From Naegleria gruberi (lineage: Eukaryota), in NCBI GenBank assembly GCA_000004985.1, contig GG738905.1: a stretch of DNA of 64,000 nt, one strand, 5' to 3'. The translations under genes were made by a program, and so were the position numbers. Numbering within the stretch: the stretch's first letter is position 1; every line of letters starts with the position of its first letter. The notes beneath the pieces were generated by a model. The model worked only from the letters and a program-made list of their open reading frames with translations. It searched no databases and was not told where the DNA came from. This document shows positions 41,627 through 53,344 of this stretch, in pieces.

Positions 41627-44600
41627 TTATAAATCTAAATTTTGATTTGTTGGCCCTATCATTACAGATGGCTTGTTGCAAGCTTTTTCCATGATTTCTT
41701 TAAACCATAGTTCTTCCCTTACATTTTCAAAATCCTTGTCTTCTCTCAATTTCTGTTCTGACACGATATCAATGCAAGCCATTAATTCATTCTTGCATTC
41801 TTCCTTCTTATTAAAAATAGCGTTTAAGCAGGCAAGATTGTAATGTGAGAGAGAAGTGTTTTTGAGACACTTGAATCCAACTTTTGCTCTTTCGTATAAA
41901 TATTCAAGATTAGAATTGACTTGCTCAGGTGTACCAATTGTAGATGTTACTGCTCTCTCTCCATTCTTGATTTCATTCAAAATAACCTCTGCCTTCATGA
42001 GGAAAGCTATGGCACATCTACAAATACATCCATCATTATTAGGCTCCAATATCATTGCTTGTTCATATTGAGCTATCGATTGTTCAAGTAATTGATATCT
42101 ATCCATACCCAGCTCTTCTTTCGACTCTTGAAGCAGCATATTACCATAATTGTTTCTAGCAATAACAAAATCTTTGATCTCAATGCATCTTCTAAATAAA
42201 TCACATGCAATATCTACAAGTCTTTTTCTTTCAATGTTGGTTTCCATCTCTTGTTCTCTAGTTAGTTTTAAGGAATGTTTTCTGACTTTTAAAAGATCAA
42301 TTTTTAACTTCTCATTAAAGCCCTTGTTATTAAGTGCATGGAAGTATTCAGGTTTGATATTGAGGCACTTGTCATAAAGCTTGGAGCTTTCATCAAGATA
42401 ACCATCAATCACTTTTCTTTCTCTTTCAAATTCATCATATGTTAATTCTTTCAAATCAGTAGATGTGTAAAAACCCGAAAGCAGTGAACAATATGGGAAA
42501 AAGTTTGAAAGAGGAAGAGGAGTCGATGAGAAACCAATACCATTGCAAGGAGTTTTTGGAGACTTGCTACCTGAGTCAACTTCCAAGTGAATATGTGCAC
42601 CTTTTTTGAGGATTGAAGTAGATATTTTCAGCCTTTTCTTGAGGTGACGAATCTTTTTTTCTGCCCAATCACAATAACTAATTCCATAGTCGTTATAAGT
42701 ACCAATGTGAGATTTGATCTTGAGAGCTTCTTCAAACTTTTCATGAGCCATTCTGAATAATCTATCACTCAAGTCCATGTCTGCAACCTTAATGGCAATG
42801 TCACTACAAGTACCAGCCCATAGTGTCAATACCTCATCATTCTTTGGTGCATTTTTCATGCAAACATCAAACTTTTCCATACATTGATTCAACATGAAGG
42901 CCAAATAAAGTTGTGCCTCATTTGTTTTCAAGTTGTGAACAAGCTTCTCCAATCTGATCAGAGATACACACCAATTTCTTGCAGCCGTCCAATTCTTGTC
43001 ATTATACATGAGACATGTTTCATAATTGTCCATACAGAGCATCCATAACATTCTCTTCTTGTAGACATTGTTGGCCTTGTCAGCTGCATTGAAGAGATTG
43101 TTTGCTTTTCTGAGGAATTGTGTCGACTTGTTCTTGATCTTTTCTTCCTCTTCCTTCTTTTTCCTTTCATCCTCTTCTTTTTGAAGCTTTTCTATTTCTT
43201 CTTTTGTTGGAGGTTTGATTTCTGTTTGCTCATTATTGGTGGCTTGGCTCTCTTTCTGAGATAGGTTACTTTGATCCTGCTTTTGATTATCGTTCTGTGT
43301 TGGTGGAGGCACAGCTGCTGTAGATGAGGAAGAAGGTGTTGCTGCATTAGTTGTTGTCTGATCAGTTGGTGGTGGAGCAGTAGGTGCTGTGTTAGTTGTG
43401 GGTGTTGCTGAATTGGATGGTTGTTCTGGTGGAGTTGGAGGTGGTAAGAAAGTCTTCTCATAGATGATTCTCTTCTTGTGAACATATTTCCATGTTACTT
43501 GTTCGCCATAGACTGCATCTTCATCATCTTTTTGGTCTGACTTTGAGCTGGAGGTCATTGAAATATTACGAAGCATATTCTTGTAATAAGAAAGGTCGTA
43601 CGCCTGTTTTTCATATCTACTCTTGTAAAGGTTAAACCACAAAAAGTCGTAATTACTCAATTCATTAAACTTCCTTGATGTGAGAGAAACATCAGCCAGG
43701 GCCTTTTCGTCAAGATATTCGAATATCTTTAGTAAAAGTTCTGTAAGAATGTAAGCATTTTCATTGTGTAACGAAGAGGCAACTTGTCTAATGCTACTAA
43801 TCCATTGTAGTGTTTCACTCTCATTGGTTGCTTCAAAAACAAGTCTATCCTCAGCTATTGCGTTGGCAGTAATTGATTCATATTTCATATCTGTACAGGT
43901 CATTTCTTCATCAACGTTTGGTGAATACGAAGGTGATGCATTCTCTGATCTACTTGTACCATCTGTTGGTGGAGATTTACAACTACTTTCCCAATGCATC
44001 TTTACACATTGAGTATCATTGTCGTTATTGATTGTTTTTTCATTCGATTTTTCTATGTACACACTAAAGGTGGTAGATGAAAGAGGATCTACCAAAACTT
44101 TACCAAGACAAACTCTATCATCCAAATAGATGGTACCAATCAGATGAGCAGAATACTTATCACAAATTGGTATCACATTGTTGGTAATAGCCTGGTTGGT
44201 ATTTGAAATATCACTCAAAGACTGCAGTAATTGTTGTTGTTGTTCTACTTGATTCTGATAGAAAGAGTTGTCAAAGAGTTTAGGAGTGAAAAGTTGTATC
44301 TTTTTAGAGCTCAGTATACAAATAACTGGCTCTTTCATTTGCAATCTGTCAATATGAGATTCTGGACAAACTTGGTAGTGGTGGAACATTAGATAGCCTT
44401 GCTTTCTAATGGTTTTGTTTGGTGTCTTCATCTTTTTCTTTCTCATTTCTAGAGGCTTGGTTTGATTGAGGTCTTGAGGAGATTCTACACTTGTATCCAT
44501 CGAGTCAGCATGGAGGGAGGTTTGTATTATTGTACAGTTATTATTGTTCTGATTATTTAGGGAGGATTGGAGAGAAAAGGTTTCAAGTGCTGATAAACGT

Positions 44601-44719
44601 CTCTTCAAGGGATGATTCAACACTAAAGATTTGATAACGTCTTGTTGTGAAGGAGATTGTCGAGTGATTGTCTGCTGATTATTATTGAGCAGGGACGATG
44701 AGCTTGGAGGAGGTGTCAT
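41627..44719 (-). CDS. Large F-box protein with Q/N/P/T-rich low-complexity regions and an alpha-helical repeat C-terminus, 1030 aa.
   Basis: F-box at ...LLLKIFEYLDEKALADVSLTSRKFNELSNYDFLWFNLY... Long ORF with an ATG start at 44719. Poly-Q/N and P/T tracts are typical of dictyostelid proteins. Confidence 0.6.
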   Translation of the reverse strand: MTPPPSSSSLLNNNQQTITRQSPSQQDVIKSLVLNHPLKRRLSALETFSLQSSLNNQNNNNCTIIQTSLHADSMDTSVESPQDLNQTKPLEMRKKKMKTPNKTIRKQGYLMFHHYQVCPESHIDRLQMKEPVICILSSKKIQLFTPKLFDNSFYQNQVEQQQQLLQSLSDISNTNQAITNNVIPICDKYSAHLIGTIYLDDRVCLGKVLVDPLSSTTFSVYIEKSNEKTINNDNDTQCVKMHWESSCKSPPTDGTSRSENASPSYSPNVDEEMTCTDMKYESITANAIAEDRLVFEATNESETLQWISSIRQVASSLHNENAYILTELLLKIFEYLDEKALADVSLTSRKFNELSNYDFLWFNLYKSRYEKQAYDLSYYKNMLRNISMTSSSKSDQKDDEDAVYGEQVTWKYVHKKRIIYEKTFLPPPTPPEQPSNSATPTTNTAPTAPPPTDQTTTNAATPSSSSTAAVPPPTQNDNQKQDQSNLSQKESQATNNEQTEIKPPTKEEIEKLQKEEDERKKKEEEEKIKNKSTQFLRKANNLFNAADKANNVYKKRMLWMLCMDNYETCLMYNDKNWTAARNWCVSLIRLEKLVHNLKTNEAQLYLAFMLNQCMEKFDVCMKNAPKNDEVLTLWAGTCSDIAIKVADMDLSDRLFRMAHEKFEEALKIKSHIGTYNDYGISYCDWAEKKIRHLKKRLKISTSILKKGAHIHLEVDSGSKSPKTPCNGIGFSSTPLPLSNFFPYCSLLSGFYTSTDLKELTYDEFERERKVIDGYLDESSKLYDKCLNIKPEYFHALNNKGFNEKLKIDLLKVRKHSLKLTREQEMETNIERKRLVDIACDLFRRCIEIKDFVIARNNYGNMLLQESKEELGMDRYQLLEQSIAQYEQAMILEPNNDGCICRCAIAFLMKAEVILNEIKNGERAVTSTIGTPEQVNSNLEYLYERAKVGFKCLKNTSLSHYNLACLNAIFNKKEECKNELMACIDIVSEQKLREDKDFENVREELWFKEIMEKACNKPSVMIGPTNQNLDL

Positions 44720-45900
44720 TGGAAATTAGGGATTAAGATGGTGTGTAGTACTACAATAGTAGGGTAACCACCACTATTAATAAATTAATACTATTGTTGT
44801 GTTGCTTAATGAAAATTAAGTGGTGATTATTGCAGTGAGTTTCTGCAATGTGTGATGATGATAATCAAGAATCTTATTCTTCTGTTGTTGCTGTGTTGTT
44901 GTTCAGATAATTCTTTTTGAGAATTTATCGCGTCTTTTGAGGTAAATTGGTTTGTTACGTTAGTTAACTCTCAAAAAGCGAAAATAGGGGAATCAAATAT
45001 GGAACCGTATTTAGATCGATAACAATAACCAGTCCAAAACACAATGCAAGAGGTGTGACTTGTTGATTTCAGTTAGATGTATTCTTGGTTGACAAGATGA
45101 AAATAAATTCCGGTTTGTTGGAACAAGTTAATATAATGCACTGTGAGAAGAGATGAGAAGAGGATGGTAGGAAGGTGGTGGTTAGATAATGGTGTTATTC
45201 AATTAAAGACAAGATGATGATAGTGTTGACAAAGTCAATGAATAAACCACCACAGCAGTGCAATAGCGTTGTTGTTTGGTAATTTTTTGTGATGAAAATA
45301 CCTAAAGCGTTGGAAAAGGTATTGACAAACAAAAAGTATCGAATGATTTCGGTGATGTGTCGGCTGGGCTTGGTTCACAAGTTGAACACTCTTTTTATGT
45401 TGTCTTGTTTGTGGGATAACGAAAAACAAGAGGGATCCTTGCAGAGAACGTTGTTATTGTGCTACTTTTTTACTTCTGGATGTCAGTCGAGTCGCAAGTA
45501 TTTCCACTGGCTGAAAAGTGGAGATAATGGGTTTCAAATCGATGATTTTCATAACCCATGAAAGTAGTGAACGTAAGAATAAGAGTGAACTGGTGGCAGC
45601 TATGGCTAGAGATGGTCACAATCGCAAACAAAAACACCACAAATAGAGAGTTCACAAACAAGACTGGATGTGTGACTCGTGTTTGGTTGACTTCTCTTTT
45701 TGTACTGTGGTTGTAATATTGATAATATTTTGTTTATTGTGGTGAGTAAATTGAGAATGTCATTAAATCATCCCAATAATAAAGGTGAACTAGAGTGATT
45801 GTATATTTCCTACAGTATTAATATCCAAAATTTGATCCAACAAGTACTAAGGATGTTGTAATTATTATTGTTTGTTTAAAAATCAGTACTATCGGAAGGA

Positions 45901-46315
45901 GTTAAGCAGTCTTCTTGACAGCAGCCTTTTCAGGGTTTTTTGGTGTGGTATGTGAAACGTATGGCTTTAACTATTTTTTAAATGTTCCAAAACAATAGAA
46001 GAATTTCCAATATTATTGTTGTTATTATTATTTTAAATAATTCAATTTCAATCCACAAAATATTTAAATATAATCAAAGTAATGTGGATGATGGTAAACA
46101 TGATTAAATATTTCCAATAACAAATTAATTTTAAATGAACGTACTTTAAAGTCGGAAAGGTCTGGGCTAGCAAAGATTGGTACCTTTTCCTTTTCGAACA
46201 TAAAGTAACCATTTCTTTGAGAGTAATGACCCATTAATTTCTTTGGTTGTCTGGCAATGTTTGGTTGTTTTCCTCTTCGGAGAACTTGAAGAATAGATGA
46301 TGATGAAAGTCTCAT
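45901..46315 (-). CDS. Small (79 aa) basic protein encoded by two exons: join(46145..46315, 45901..45969). Function unknown.
   Basis: Exon 1 MRLSSSSILQVLRRGKQPNIARQPKKLMGHYSQRNGYFMFEKEKVPIFASPDLSDFK. A 175-nt AT-rich intron (GTACGT...AAAATAG). Exon 2 LKPYVSHTTPKNPEKAAVKKTA then TAA. Confidence 0.35.
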
Positions 46316-46853
46316 TTTTTATTTAAAAGCAATTTTATTTTTAATTGTTTGTAGTTATTCAATCTGTTTGTTTTCATAAGAAGTACTTCGTTCTACTATC
46401 ATCTCTTCTTACCATCATCATTCTACGAGGAGGAACAATATGCAATTGGTGAAGTAAATATTTAAATCCGAAAAGTTTTTGAAGAAAATTGAAAGGTAAT
46501 CTTCACACAAAGTTAAATATTCACAATGTTATTACTCTATCCACCAAGCATGTTCTTATTACTAGCCAATTTTATGTACATGATCAGAGTACGGACAGAG
46601 TATAGGGCAGTCGTCAAATTGTTTTGCTGCGAGTATCATGCTGGGAAATGAGGTTGTTGTTGAAATGTTCTTCTAAAAAATTTTTCATTGTAAAATACAA
46701 AAATACACGGTCAATATTAAAAATTGTTTGAAAAAAATTGCCAAAAAGTAAGTGCCTTACCTGCTTCTACGTTCTCTGACACGGGCTTATGAATTGTTGT
46801 TCTAATAATTTTCTTGAATAATAATTAATTTACTAACATCATCTACAGATAAC

Positions 46854-47540
46854 ATGGTCATCCAAGCTAACATTAACAAGAAGAAACACTTTGTTCACCA
46901 AGGTCTCTTGTACGCTGAATTGAACGAATTCTTGAAGAGAGAATTGGCCGAAGATGGTTACTCTGGTGTTGAAGTCAGAGCTACTGTTGCCAGAACTGAA
47001 ATCATCATCCGTGCTACTCGTCCACAAACTGTCGTTGGTGATAACGGAAGAAGAATGAAGGAATTGACTTCAGTCATCCAAAAGAGATTCGGTTTCGAAG
47101 AAGGTAAGATCGAATTGTACGCTGAAAACGTCAAGAATAAGGGTTTGTCTGCCATTGCTCAAGCTGAATCCCTCAAGCAAAAGTTGATGGAAGGTGTTGC
47201 TGTTAGAAAGGCTTGTTATGGTGTCTTGAGATTCGTTATGGATTCTGGTGCTAAGGGTGGTGCTGTTATTGTCTCTGGTAAGCTCAGAGCTCAAAGAGCT
47301 AAGTCCATGAAGTTCGCTGAAGGATACATGATTAGAACTGGTCAACCAGTCAAGGATTACGTTGATATTGCTGTTCGTCACGTATACATGAAGCAAGGTG
47401 TTTTGGGTATCAAGGTTAAGGTTATGCTTCCATGGGTTGTCGGTACTCAAGCCGGTTCCAACCAAAAGCCACAACCAGACGTTGTCTCTGTCCACGAACC
47501 AAAGGAAGATCTCTCCGTCCCAACTGTTGCCCATGATTAA
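46854..47540 (+). CDS. rps3: 40S ribosomal protein S3 (uS3), 228 aa.
   Basis: Collinear with eukaryotic RPS3 (...[24 protein letters not shown]...[17 protein letters not shown]...[13 protein letters not shown]...). The gene is preceded by a 5'-UTR intron-like element (GTAAGT at 46748 ... TACTAAC ... CAG ending 46849). Confidence 0.9.
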   Translation: MVIQANINKKKHFVHQGLLYAELNEFLKRELAEDGYSGVEVRATVARTEIIIRATRPQTVVGDNGRRMKELTSVIQKRFGFEEGKIELYAENVKNKGLSAIAQAESLKQKLMEGVAVRKACYGVLRFVMDSGAKGGAVIVSGKLRAQRAKSMKFAEGYMIRTGQPVKDYVDIAVRHVYMKQGVLGIKVKVMLPWVVGTQAGSNQKPQPDVVSVHEPKEDLSVPTVAHD

Positions 47541-47677
47541 ATTTTCTCTCATAAAAATATAAAAAAAATAATTATTCAAATATTTATTTTGTTGTTATCA
47601 AATTTCTAGTATAATTTTACATATTAAATTCACATAAAGGAGAACTTGGTTTTAATTTTCTCCTTTCATAATAAAAA

Positions 47678-49197
47678 ATGTCAATTCAACCATCTGTTGA
47701 TTCATCAGAGTGGCACTATAAATGTGAAGGACTCGGAAATGTAATTTTGGGATATTGTGGAAATAATCCAAGAGTAGGTTTTGAAGATTTCATATATTAA
47801 ATGATTGTGGATAGTTTGTAGGAAGAGTTTTGAGAGTGAGAAAATGTCCTCGTTCCGAACTAACATCCAACAAATCAACCATGGATGAAATGTATTCAAA
47901 ATCGGAGGGAATAATTTCCAGAGAAGATTATTTAACAATTTATGTTAGAGATGTTATTGGATCACTCTTTTCTACTTGCTATCCGAATAATAGTGGATTA
48001 GTTGATGCTGGTGTATGTTTTTGGATTTTTACGTTGTGATCATAATTCATTTAGGAAACCATTTCTTTGAGTAGAGAATTTCTAAGAGAAATGAAAAGTA
48101 AAATTGATCTTGTCAGACCTACTCAAATGTTGGAATACAAATTAGATTTTGATATCAATGCTGATTGTGGAATGTTAATGCGTGATTTTACTTATAACAG
48201 AAAACATACTCAAAAAACCAATAGTGATGATGCCACATTTTGTGTAGAGTTTAAACCAAAGTGGGGAATGATTTGTAGATCAGAATTTATCAAGGATGAA
48301 AACAAGCCATTGAAATATGAAACTTGTAGATTTTGTTGTCAACAATTAACAAAACTCAAACAAGGGCTCATCACTAGTTTTACTAAATTTTGCCCAACAA
48401 ATTTATTTTCCAGTGAAGAGGCACGAGTTAGAAAAGCCATTGAGGACTTGATTCAAAATCCACAAAATAATATGAAAATTTACATTAATGGAGAGTTGAA
48501 TTGGTTTGATGACAATAATATTCCAAACAGAGATTTTAAGGAGGAGCTGATTTCCACTCTGACTAAATATCATATTGACAATTTGGATACATTTATTAAG
48601 AGATTAATTTTCTGCATTTTAGATTCGAATATTATGGAATGTGTTCAGAGAATGCAAATGTTAGATCGATTTGATATTGAATTTGTTGCAAAGTATGTTT
48701 ACCCACCACTCAAGGATAAGTACAAGAGTGATGAAGTAATTCAAGCCAAATTATTCGATTGGAAGACTATTCCTGAATGGATTGAGCCTCTCAAAGCTGA
48801 ATTATCTTCAATGGACAACAAGTGCAAGGAATTCATTTGTACTTTGAGTGGATTCTCAAAGGATGTATCACTCACTTTGGAAAATGAGTTGCAAGCTCAT
48901 CATCCATATACTAATATCAAACCTCATTTGAAATCTTTGGATGAATTTGTAAAGGAGTGTACTATTGAGAATGAGGAGTTTTTGTGGCACATTTTGAGAA
49001 TGTACCTCATAGCTCATGGTATTAAGGATTGTTCAGTCATGATTACCTTTAATGTGACTCGAGGAGAGAATCAATTAGATCATGATTATGATATTGGAGT
49101 TGTGGATTTGGATCCAAAGCTTGTTTCTAAAGTCACAAGTTATTTAGTTCAAGATCAAGACATTGTTACTCGATTCATGGAAAGTAATACAGTCTAA
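47678..49197 (+). CDS. ipk1: Inositol-pentakisphosphate 2-kinase (IPK1/IPPK). Three exons: join(47678..47773, 47815..48012, 48055..49197).
   Basis: N-terminal EWHYKCEGLGNVILGYCGNNPR | FVGRVLRVRK matches the IPK1 G-loop region across a 41-nt intron. EFKPKWG and CRFCCQQ motifs are present (IPK1 has E.KPKCGF and CRFCMHQ). A second 42-nt intron (GTATGT..TTTAG) joins ...LVDAG to ETISLSREFLRE. Confidence 0.8.
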
Positions 49198-49681
49198 CAT
49201 TTAATAACGTTGCAATATACCAAACTTCAACCCCTTACACTTTCTTTAACAGTCAACACTTACTTGAATAATGGATACACTAAAATTGAATTAGTTACAA
49301 ATCAACCAATTTTTGCTGATTTTGTTTGAAAATGGTTGATAGTACCTGCACCTTTGAAGACAATTGAAGATTTATTGAAAATAAATACACTTGCGTCATT
49401 AGAACAGAAATTTGATGGATTCTTAAAATAAACTCGCGCTTTGCATGTAATTACATTGTAAGAATTAAATTCAAATTAAAAAAATCAATTACAATTCTCC
49501 TCCTTTGCTGTTGGTGTATTATTAAACATTGAATATTTTCGTAGCATAGAGAAGTATATTCAAAAAACCTGTTTATTATTATATTAAAGAGAAGTATTCC
49601 GAACACAAATCGGTTGGTTGAAATTAAGGCTAAAAAGAAGTAAGGCTTTGTATAAAGAGAAAAACGAAACTCTAAATCAAA

Positions 49682-50421
49682 ATGGAAGATACAATCATGA
49701 TGGATTTGAAAATAACTCTAGTAGATAGGGAATCCTACTTGTATGATATCAGTTTGTCTCCACCATCATCCTCTCAAGATTATTGTTGTTCCTCTCCGAG
49801 TAATGAATTAATGATGCTTGAAGATGAATATTATCAACATCCAGATACAATTGCTCATCATGATGCTGATTTTTCATGTCTTCCTGATGAGTTACTCATG
49901 GAAATATTTTCCTATCTTTCTCCAATTCCAAATTATATTCGATTGAGGAGGTTGAACAAGGATTGGAAAGTGTATTTTGAGAAGATTCTGACTAGACAAG
50001 TTTCCTTTCATTTGGCCTACTCACAATGGATAGATATTGCAAGTGTGTCTATGCATAACTTGTCGGAAACTATGAAATTATTGCCGAATGTTGAACAAGT
50101 TGTCGTTTATAATATTAATAATATCGAGGATTGCAGTCTTTTTAGATTATTCAAGAAGAATTTCAAAAAACTAAAGAGAATCAAGTTTACCAATTGCATT
50201 TTCAGAAATTGTGTTTGGTTAGTGATTCCATCATTGCGTAAGTTTGAAATGAGTAATTAATAATTGAAATAACTTGAAAAAAAGAGGTTTGTGAATTTGA
50301 AAATTCAATAGGAGAAAGAACCATTATCGGAAAGAGTTATCAAGAGGATTGTGGAACTATATTTTCGAGTCAATATATAAATCCACTCATGTCTATTGAG
50401 GCAACGAGTGAGATATTCTAA
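49682..50421 (+). CDS. F-box protein. There is possibly a second short exon: join(49682..50237, 50312..50421).
   Basis: F-box ...CLPDELLMEIFSYLSPIPNYIRLRRLNKDWKVYFEKIL... A candidate 74-nt intron (GTAAGT...CAATAG) would extend the C-terminus by 36 aa. The splice is unverified. Confidence 0.5.
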
Positions 50422-50432
50422 TAATTGTAAAT

Positions 50433-51104
50433 TTATTTGGCTTGAGGATGAGTTTTAGCAAAAGCATCCATTTGAATCAAATTAGAATACACCTTATTGG
50501 TAATTGGGAATTCAGTATCAACCTTAATGGAAGTTCTAGTCTTGGCAACAAAAACTTGAGGAACGAGACAAATATCAGCCAAGCTCAATTTACCATATTG
50601 TGGAACACAGAATTTGTATTCATCATCATTCAATTGAGTTGGATAATTTTCAGCTAAAATCTTTTCAATAACAGTCAACCCATTTCTAATCCAAAATTCC
50701 ATCCATTCAGTTCTCTTTTCTTCTGGCAACATTCTAATAGCTTTACCATTGTGCATTGGTTGAATTCCTGAATTAATAATTTCGGCAATTTGTCTAACTT
50801 TGAAAGCAAGCAAATGATCTTTTGGAATTAAATCACCACCTTCTTGTGGAAATTCAACATCCAAATATTCAATGATCGGAATGGATTGTGTTAATGTTTG
50901 TCCATTAATTTCAAGACATGGAACTTGTCCCATTGGATTTACTTTTCTATATTCTTCCTTTTCATTGTCTTTTTCGAGGAGAGAAACTTCATGAATTGTT
51001 GTCTTTTCCCACAATTGTTTATGATGAAGAGCTGCACGTACTCTCCATGATGAAGAAGATGGTTTGAAGGAGTGGAGTGTAATTAATTCTTGTTGTTGAG
51101 ACAT
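50433..51104 (-). CDS. Zeta-class glutathione S-transferase / maleylacetoacetate isomerase, 223 aa.
   Basis: Zeta-class motif SSSWRVRAAL (consensus SSCxWRVRIAL). GST N- and C-domains are collinear with GSTZ1/MAAI. Confidence 0.8.
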   Translation of the reverse strand: MSQQQELITLHSFKPSSSSWRVRAALHHKQLWEKTTIHEVSLLEKDNEKEEYRKVNPMGQVPCLEINGQTLTQSIPIIEYLDVEFPQEGGDLIPKDHLLAFKVRQIAEIINSGIQPMHNGKAIRMLPEEKRTEWMEFWIRNGLTVIEKILAENYPTQLNDDEYKFCVPQYGKLSLADICLVPQVFVAKTRTSIKVDTEFPITNKVYSNLIQMDAFAKTHPQAK

Positions 51105-51404
51105 TTTTAGAGGAGTTTTTTTGGAGTTTGATTGTTTATCACCGATCCAACAAATTACGCCACACTCCTTGGTATTAGATTGAGCTCATAATATTATTTG
51201 ATTGAATAAATTGATCAATAATAAATTGATTGTGGTTTGGTCGAATCGAAACTGAAGATTACCACCAACAAAGTGTGAATTTCCTTAATGATGTGAAAGA
51301 GATCAAGAGATCACACCAAATAAATTTACAAAAAGTGCACCATTGAAATGTTTAAAGTGTTTTGTTATTTATTGAATAGATCAATCAAAATAATAGAACA
51401 ACAT

Positions 51405-52306
51405 TTAGTGCAACCAAGCATGTCTTTCAATGACATCCAAAGCATCTTGGGAGATTTCAGAAGCTGATCTAGCTCTATTACAAGAAGTTGGAACATTGAA
51501 AACAGATTGATCTTGGAGAGTACTGTAAGCTTGGAAATTGAAGAATTCTTGGAAAGCAGTTCCAATACGACCACCCTTAGTGATAACATTGACAGGAACA
51601 CCAAAGTTTGGATTTGGAGCAATAACCAATCTAATATTGAATCCTCTGAGGGCTTCATTCCAGACTGAACACTTCAAACTACCACCAATAGTAACAGTTC
51701 CATTCAAAACAGCATTTTGAGCCAAACAGAAAGGTTGCAATTGACCATTAATTGGGAAACTCTTGCAAGTACCAGTGAGCTTATCATATTCATAACCAGT
51801 TTGCAAATCATGTCTAAAGTAGAGGGAAATACTCTTACGAGCAGGTTGGAAAGTTTCAATATCAGTTCTCTGTTGTTAAATATTTTAAATAGTTGTTGTA
51901 AAGAATATTATAGTATTATACATAATATGTTATCATAACATTATGAACAAGGTGCGGATACAAGTGCGATCGCAATATTTCATTGTTAAAGATAACATGT
52001 AATTTTTTGTAATCAAAATTTAAATAATTTAAATTAATACTATAATAATAAATTGTTACATACTTGCTTGTTGGTAGCAGCATCATACCAAATTCTTTCA
52101 ATGTCATCGAAAGCCTTTGAAGCATCGATAACGACAGCGCTAGTGATGAAAGCCTTGCTAATACAATGCTGTGAATAGTTTACATTCGAATAGTTTAGAA
52201 TAAATGTTAAATATGATGATCAATACAAAATAACACATACTTGTTGTTGAGCATAGGCAAAAGTGGCGATCAAAGCCAAAACAACGAGGGTTGAGATGAT
52301 TTTCAT
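51405..52306 (-). CDS. Secreted protein of unknown function (211 aa precursor). Three exons: join(52241..52306, 52064..52168, 51405..51869).
   Basis: Exon 1 encodes the signal peptide MKIISTLVVLALIATFAYAQQQ. Introns of 72 and 194 nt (GTATGT...CACAG and GTATGT...AACAG) are AT-rich and keep phase 0. The downstream exons are Cys-containing and G/N-rich. Confidence 0.6.
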
Positions 52307-52961
52307 TTTTTTTGACGGTAAATTGATTAGTGGCAGCTCGCTTCACTTTCCAACATCAAAGGCTGTTGTGAAATTGTTAACGAGAGAGCATCTTCTTGAT
52401 GGTGACTTTTTGAGGTTGGGTCTGTTTGTGGTGAAAAAAACAGAGCGGAGTGGTTTACAAAATGATAACTGGCATGTGATTGGTGTGGAGAGGTTTAAAA
52501 GTCCTTTGGCGGAACAGAGATTTTGAAGCATCCGATTCTGTTATCAACTCTTTCTGTTACAAATTATCGAAATGATGATCATATTGTTATTACAATATTT
52601 TATGTGTTTTACAATTGTATTTAATTATTTAAATGTTTAATTGACTTTAACAAACAGGTCGTAAATAAAGCTATTATGAAAGAGAAATTAGAGCAATAAA
52701 TGCTATCATTCGCGCCTAATAGCTTTTGTTAATGAATAGCAAGTGAATTGTTAATGGAATACACCAATGAAATTCAAAGTGGATTAAACTATTCAATGAT
52801 TGCTTGTATTGAAGAGTTGGTTTACAATTATTTGGCTTGTAATCTTTAAACAAGGGTTACGACAAACACACCAAAAAAATTGAAGGCTGTTTAAATGAGA
52901 TATGGTAACGATTTGGAACAAAGTTCAGTAAAAAAGTCAATTAATACTCAACTATTGACTC

Positions 52962-53062
52962 AAAAAATTAAAAATGAAAAATCTAGAAAAAAATGGGTAT
53001 TAATCTGAGGTTATTTAAAAAATAGATACACATCTTCAGTGTCTAAATTTTGAGAATCAACT
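52962..53062. repeat. Copy 1 of a roughly 100-bp dispersed repeat (...aaaatgaaaaat.tcag.aaaaaaat.ggtat.aatctgaggttatttaaaaa...acacatctt.agtgtctaaattttgaga...). It lies 80-180 bp from tRNA-Gly copy 1.
   Basis: About 85% identity to 59884-59982 in the same orientation. Non-coding. Confidence 0.55.
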
Positions 53063-53121
53063 ACCATCTAATGGTTACTACATACTATTCAAAAATTGAG
53101 AATGGACATTGAAAGTTGGAT

Positions 53122-53256
53122 GAAAGAAAAAGAAGCGACTGCGTCGACCGGGAATTGAACCCGGGTCACGGCGATGGCAACGCCGTATTCTACCACTAAA
53201 CCATCGACGCTTCACATTTATTTAGAATGTAACCTTAATTCGACACTAAGGGGATC
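53122..53256. repeat. Roughly 135-bp segment (tRNA-Gly plus about 50 bp of 5' flank and 18 bp of 3' flank) duplicated in inverted orientation at 59570-59702.
   Basis: The reverse complement of 59570-59702 matches 53122-53256 with two or three mismatches or indels. Confidence 0.8.
53140..53210 (-). tRNA. tRNA-Gly (anticodon GCC), 71 nt.
   Basis: The reverse complement reads GCGTCGATGGTTTAGTGGTAGAATACGGCGTTGCCATCGCCGTGACCCGGGTTCAATTCCCGGTCGACGCA. This is a canonical cloverleaf with a T5 terminator in the 3' flank. Confidence 0.9.
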
Positions 53257-53344
53257 GCTTTTATGTATTTATTTATTGAAAATTAAAATCTAAAAGCATA
53301 TGTGAAAAAACTCAAAACCTTATTAATTTCAATATTAAAGTTTT

